DNA of 64,000 bases from Eledone cirrhosa (taxonomy: Eukaryota). Every line of letters begins with the position of its first letter. Position 1 is the first letter of the stretch. Under the pieces are notes generated by a model. That model searched no databases, was not told the DNA's origin, and saw nothing but the letters and a program-made list of their open reading frames with translations. The position numbers and the translations under genes were made by a program. Positions 59,514-64,000 of the stretch are shown here, piece after piece. The DNA is taken from NCBI GenBank assembly GCA_964016885.1, contig OZ024740.1, positions 124,124,001 through 124,188,000 of the forward strand, given 5' to 3'.

Positions 59514-60190
59514 CATTAGTTAAGCAAAGCAAGACCACAAATTTCACAAGGAAGTTATTATTAAAAGATTGTCAACATATTTTAGTTTGATGTAAGGAAT
59601 GTAGAGAATAATAATAATAATATTAATAATAATGTCCTTTTACAATTGTTTCGCTACTCCATATGATATTTCTGGATCAGATGACTATATATCATAATTG
59701 ATCTAGTTCAGTTGAAAATAATTAACATATTTAAAAGACAGAGCGGCTTATCGGAACTTCAAAGGAATATAAATTAAAATAATGAGAGAATGTTACATAA
59801 TATAACATAATGTAACATTCTCTCATTATTTTAATTTATATTCCTTTGAAGTTCCGATGAGCCGCTCTGTCTTTTAAATATGTTAATTATTTTCAACTGA
59901 ACCAGATCAATTATGATATATAGTCATCTGATCCAGAAATATTATATGGAGTAGCGAAACAATTGTAAACGGACATTATTATTTTGCCTTTCATCCTTAT
60001 GGGGTCGATAAAATAAAGTACCAGTAATGCACTGGGTAATTGCTGGCCTTGTGCCAAAAGTAGAAACAATTATTAATATTATTATTATTATTCTCTACAT
60101 TTCTTACATCAAACTAAAATATGTTGACAATCTTTTAATAATATCTTCCTTGTGAAATTTGCGGTCTTGCTTTGCTTAACTAATGAATAT
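59509..60190. repeat. Fold-back with ~290-bp arms; right arm interrupted by a SINE fragment
   Basis: Centre 59799-59809; SINE 3' half at ~59982-60072 only in the right arm; right extension 60191-60365. Confidence 0.92.
59842..59973 (+). ncRNA. Hammerhead motif, CCGATGA core, ~95-nt helix II
   Basis: gtt CCGATGA gccgctc...ggagtagc GAAA CAATTG TA aac; the mirror copy in the left arm has CCGATAA. Confidence 0.65.
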
Positions 60191-60390
60191 TTCTAGCTCT
60201 GCGCACCTAACTTCTGCATGAACCCAGCCACCTAGTTGCTTTCTACTGCATATTGCACATTGAGCACATGCCTTTACGCTTTGGCTTCTAACTAATTAAC
60301 TAATCTCTCCTCTCATATCTCTCCTATCTCCATCTCTCTCTTTAAGATTGGTTACTCTTGAACTATGTATATATATAATTATATATATAA

Positions 60391-60517
<127 letters not shown>

Positions 60518-61420
60518 AATATGCATATCTTTGGCGCCACGCAGTAATACAGAAAACCCGCTTGCATAAGTACAAATCAAAACCTCCAGTCAGTAGGAAC
60601 CTCTTAATCAAATATACACACCACTCCCACTACCACAGCTCCCCCTCACCCATAAAAACCACCCTTCCTCTGTAAAGTTATGTTGGTACAACAACATCCA
60701 GTCCTAAATAAATGAGGTCGTGTAGGTGTCACGACAAAAAAAACACAACGTCAACGCTGTAATGCGGCCGTGTAGATAACACGGAAAAACCTCCCAGTCC
60801 ACACTATAAACGTGGTTGGTATTAGGAAGGGCATCCAGCCGTAGAAAGCCTACCAAACAGTCCCATACAAGCGAGACGACCAATCTTGCCTCTAGTGGGA
60901 CAATTCACGTCTAAACCCATGCTAGCGTGGGAGATAGACGTTAAACGATGATGATGAAAGCAGCGATTCTTTGCTTAAACATGGCATGACACCCACAATT
61001 TCGACTTGGATTAAATTCATTTAATCTATCTTAATTTTGGATATAGATATATATATGCATATATATATATATGCATATATATAAATATACACGTATATAT
61101 ATATATACGTATACGTATATATAAATATATATGCATATAGAAATATAAATTAGCGAGAATCGTATCTCGGCTTTGGAAATTAGCGAAAAACAACTTCCGA
61201 GATGTGTGGCAAGCGCTCAATAATTCTAACTAACCAGAGCTACAACATACGTTAAACCATTATCCGCACAGCCATAGAAACGACCAAGTAATTCGGGTCA
61301 AACAAATAAAAAAAATATATGATTGAAAAATTTACCCGGACCGCTGGATGGTTGGTAAAAATACAGCATTTGGGTTAACTGCGACTCCTAAATCAAGTAC
61401 TGTCCGCTTAGACAAATAAT

Positions 61421-61605
61421 TGTTTCTACTTTAGGCACAAGGCCAGAAATTACCCAGTGCATAACTGGTACTTTATTTTATCGACCCCGTAAGGATGAAA
61501 GGCAAAGTCAACCTCGGCGGGATTTGAACTCAGATCGTAAAGGGACGTAACTATGCTGGAAAGCACGGCGTCCGACCTTCTACCGATACTGCCAATCCAC
61601 CGCCC
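61421..61605 (-). mobile_element. Full-length SINE with 13-bp target-site duplication
   Basis: TTAGACAAATAAT at 61408-61420 and 61606-61618. Confidence 0.92.
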
Positions 61606-61674
61606 TTAGACAAATAATGTTAGGCATATACATATATATATGCATATATATATATATGCATATATATATAAATA

Positions 61675-61754
<80 letters not shown>

Positions 61755-61758
<4 letters not shown>

Positions 61759-63150
61759 TAAAAGGAATTCCAACTTTGTATGATTTACTCGTTTTATTTA
61801 CAATCCTTTAAAATTTATAATGGTATTAGAATGAAATAGTATGGTAGAATATTAAATGTTAAGTGTTAAATGAACAAGTACTTTCATGCTTTCGCAATCT
61901 TCAGGTTCATAATGTGTGGTGACAGTCAAGTTTGCAATTTTCAACTGTAATGAGATGGGTAAATGTTGTGCCTTATATACAGTGAAAAGTGGCTCCAGAA
62001 TGGTAAATCTTGCAAACTATATTTCGACCAATCGGTGTGTAGTTTCACTGGATTACTAAAGCTGAATGGTTTAGGCGTCACAGTTGGTTGAGCATGTCTA
62101 ACGACTACTAATTGACCCTATCCAAAGCATCAATTGTTTTGCTACTTTTAGAAATGATGAAAATAACATTTTCTAGTAATCATCGACATCACTTTTATTA
62201 TTATTATTGTTGTTGTTGTTAGTGGTCGTAGTAATAGTCATAGTAGGATACCCCATTATTATTGTTCATTTAGCTTGGGTTTGAATTTATCAATAAAATA
62301 CTTTTCTATGATTTTACTCTTGATTTCACGTGGGCTGTGTAATTTGTAGAATGGGAATATTTATAATATTCCCAGACCAGATGTTGCTACATGGTTACTT
62401 AGGGGTATCTGACGGACATTTGGGTATCTGATTTGCTCTCGGTGTACCCGTGCACGTTCTGATAGTGCATTTCCAGTTTGACCGACATATAGTTCTTCAT
62501 AATTCGGGCATTTAATGCAGTAAATTAGATTTCTGATTTTGCAGTTCATATTTGCATTTGGGAATATTTTTCCAGTTTTTGTTTTCATATATTGGCCGGC
62601 GTGTATGGATTGACATGTGCCACATCGACTATCATTGCATTTAGATACAGTGAATGATTGTTCTTTGTTGTTAAGGTCAAATTTAGCTTTTGTTAGTAAT
62701 TGCTTCAAATTTTTCGGCTGTCTTTTACTAAGAGTCAAAGATCGATCTGTGATTAACACTTTTAATTCATTACTTTGAGCAATGATCAGTAGGTTTGCTT
62801 TGGCAGTGTTGAAGATATTCTGGTGACATGGGTTGTGTGTCATTATAAATGGTATGACCAGTTCTTGGTTTCTTCTTCCTTGGGTTGTCCTAAGTTGTTG
62901 TATAGGTATTTTTATAGCTCGCTGTATGCCATTTTCTATAAGTAGAGATGGGTATTTTTGTTTGAGCAAAAATTCTTTTAGTTCTGTTAGGCGTTTGTAC
63001 CTGGTATTCGTATCTTCTGCAATGGTACAAATTCTTCTGGCGAGGCAGTATGAGGTGGATGGCACGACTTAAAATTCAGATGTTGATGGGTGTCTGTCTG
63101 TTTTTAATATATATCCGTGGTAATGGTGGTGTCGTTTTTGAAGTGACCAA
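61755..63150 (-). mobile_element. 5'-truncated Neptune-type PLE (RT thumb, Cys linker, GIY-YIG)
   Basis: ORF 62361-63065: LARRICTI, YP..LI, CNDSRCGTC, NLIYCIKCP..YVGQTG..L.ER...H; ends at (TA)n. Confidence 0.9.
61870..61910 (-). ncRNA. Type-I minimal hammerhead ribozyme in PLE 3' end
   Basis: atgaac CTGAAGA t-tgc-gaaa-gca-t GAAA GTAC TT gttcat; 6-bp helix I, palindromic AGTACT. Confidence 0.82.
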
Positions 63151-63521
63151 TATACTAATAATTCTTCACCATGCGCTGATGAGCAAGAATTGGTATTCCT
63201 CTTCCCAATTAATTTTGTGAAACAGCACTATCAAAGCTGTCCGGGGGGGGGGGGGGGGGGCATTGGTAGTTACCACAATTCCGGTTTGTATTTACCGTCT
63301 TGATTTATTCTTAAATTGAGTCTGGCAAACCCTATTGACTATAGTTAGTATTCTTTGCACCTTAGCGAATCTGGTCCCTTACGATTTGAACACATATATG
63401 TATATGTCTGTGTTCGTTTTTCTTTTATATTCAGTTATAATATACGGCACGGAAAAATCTATTTCCTAGAGCTATTTTATTTTAAGATACTATTTTGAGT
63501 TTCTAACTCAATATATACCTT

Positions 63522-63559
<38 letters not shown>

Positions 63560-64000
63560 ATACTTTGGGAGGGTCATGTTGCCAATAAGAAACACACGCA
63601 CCAGATGCTTTCACTTCAATTTATTATAATACATTTATAATAAATTTATAAATTTATAAATTTCTGGTTGGTTGGTTGGTTCCACAACCAGATAGTTGTT
63701 TATATATAGTCATAGTTCTTTCGTCACACACTCTGTGACCTCTTCAGTGAGTGGGGATTCCTTTCTTTGTTTCTGTGCCTCTCCTTTGTTCTGTCCTACG
63801 CCATTTTGTTTCTGTGTGTGTGTTGTGTGCTCAGTCTGCGCATGCGCCACATCCGGGTGTCTGTGTGTTTATGTTCATTTATTTATTTGTTTATTTACAT
63901 GTTACTGGTTGGTTGTTTGTTCTATGTGTGTGTGTGTTTTCATTTTGTCCATAATTGTAAGTTGTGATGTTGCTGTTCCACTCATATTTTCTATTTAATT

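Overview
AT-rich eukaryotic repeat-dense DNA, probably mollusc/cephalopod (inferred from the SINE types, RTE (GAT)n tails and very long (TA)n tracts). No host gene can be called with confidence. The window is almost all retroelements: a CR1-type LINE, several RTE-clade LINEs (one near-intact at 26.2-29.9 kb), a 5'-inverted Tx1/L1-type LINE, a decayed Gypsy, a non-coding LTR element, tRNA-derived SINEs, a Tc1/mariner-like MITE and at least seven Penelope-like element (PLE; RT + GIY-YIG) relics. The main hidden signal is eight fold-back (inverted-repeat) insertions of 0.1-4.6 kb in or next to (TA)n tracts. Most have one arm extended. About 15 type-I hammerhead ribozyme motifs with palindromic helix III were read by eye, including CCGANGA-core and ~100-nt helix II variants, often at the outer ends of the fold-backs. 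A second signal is a 32-nt tRNA-Trp copy at the PBS of the non-coding LTR element, with mismatches at the expected m1A58 position. All structures were folded by eye and no database search was run.
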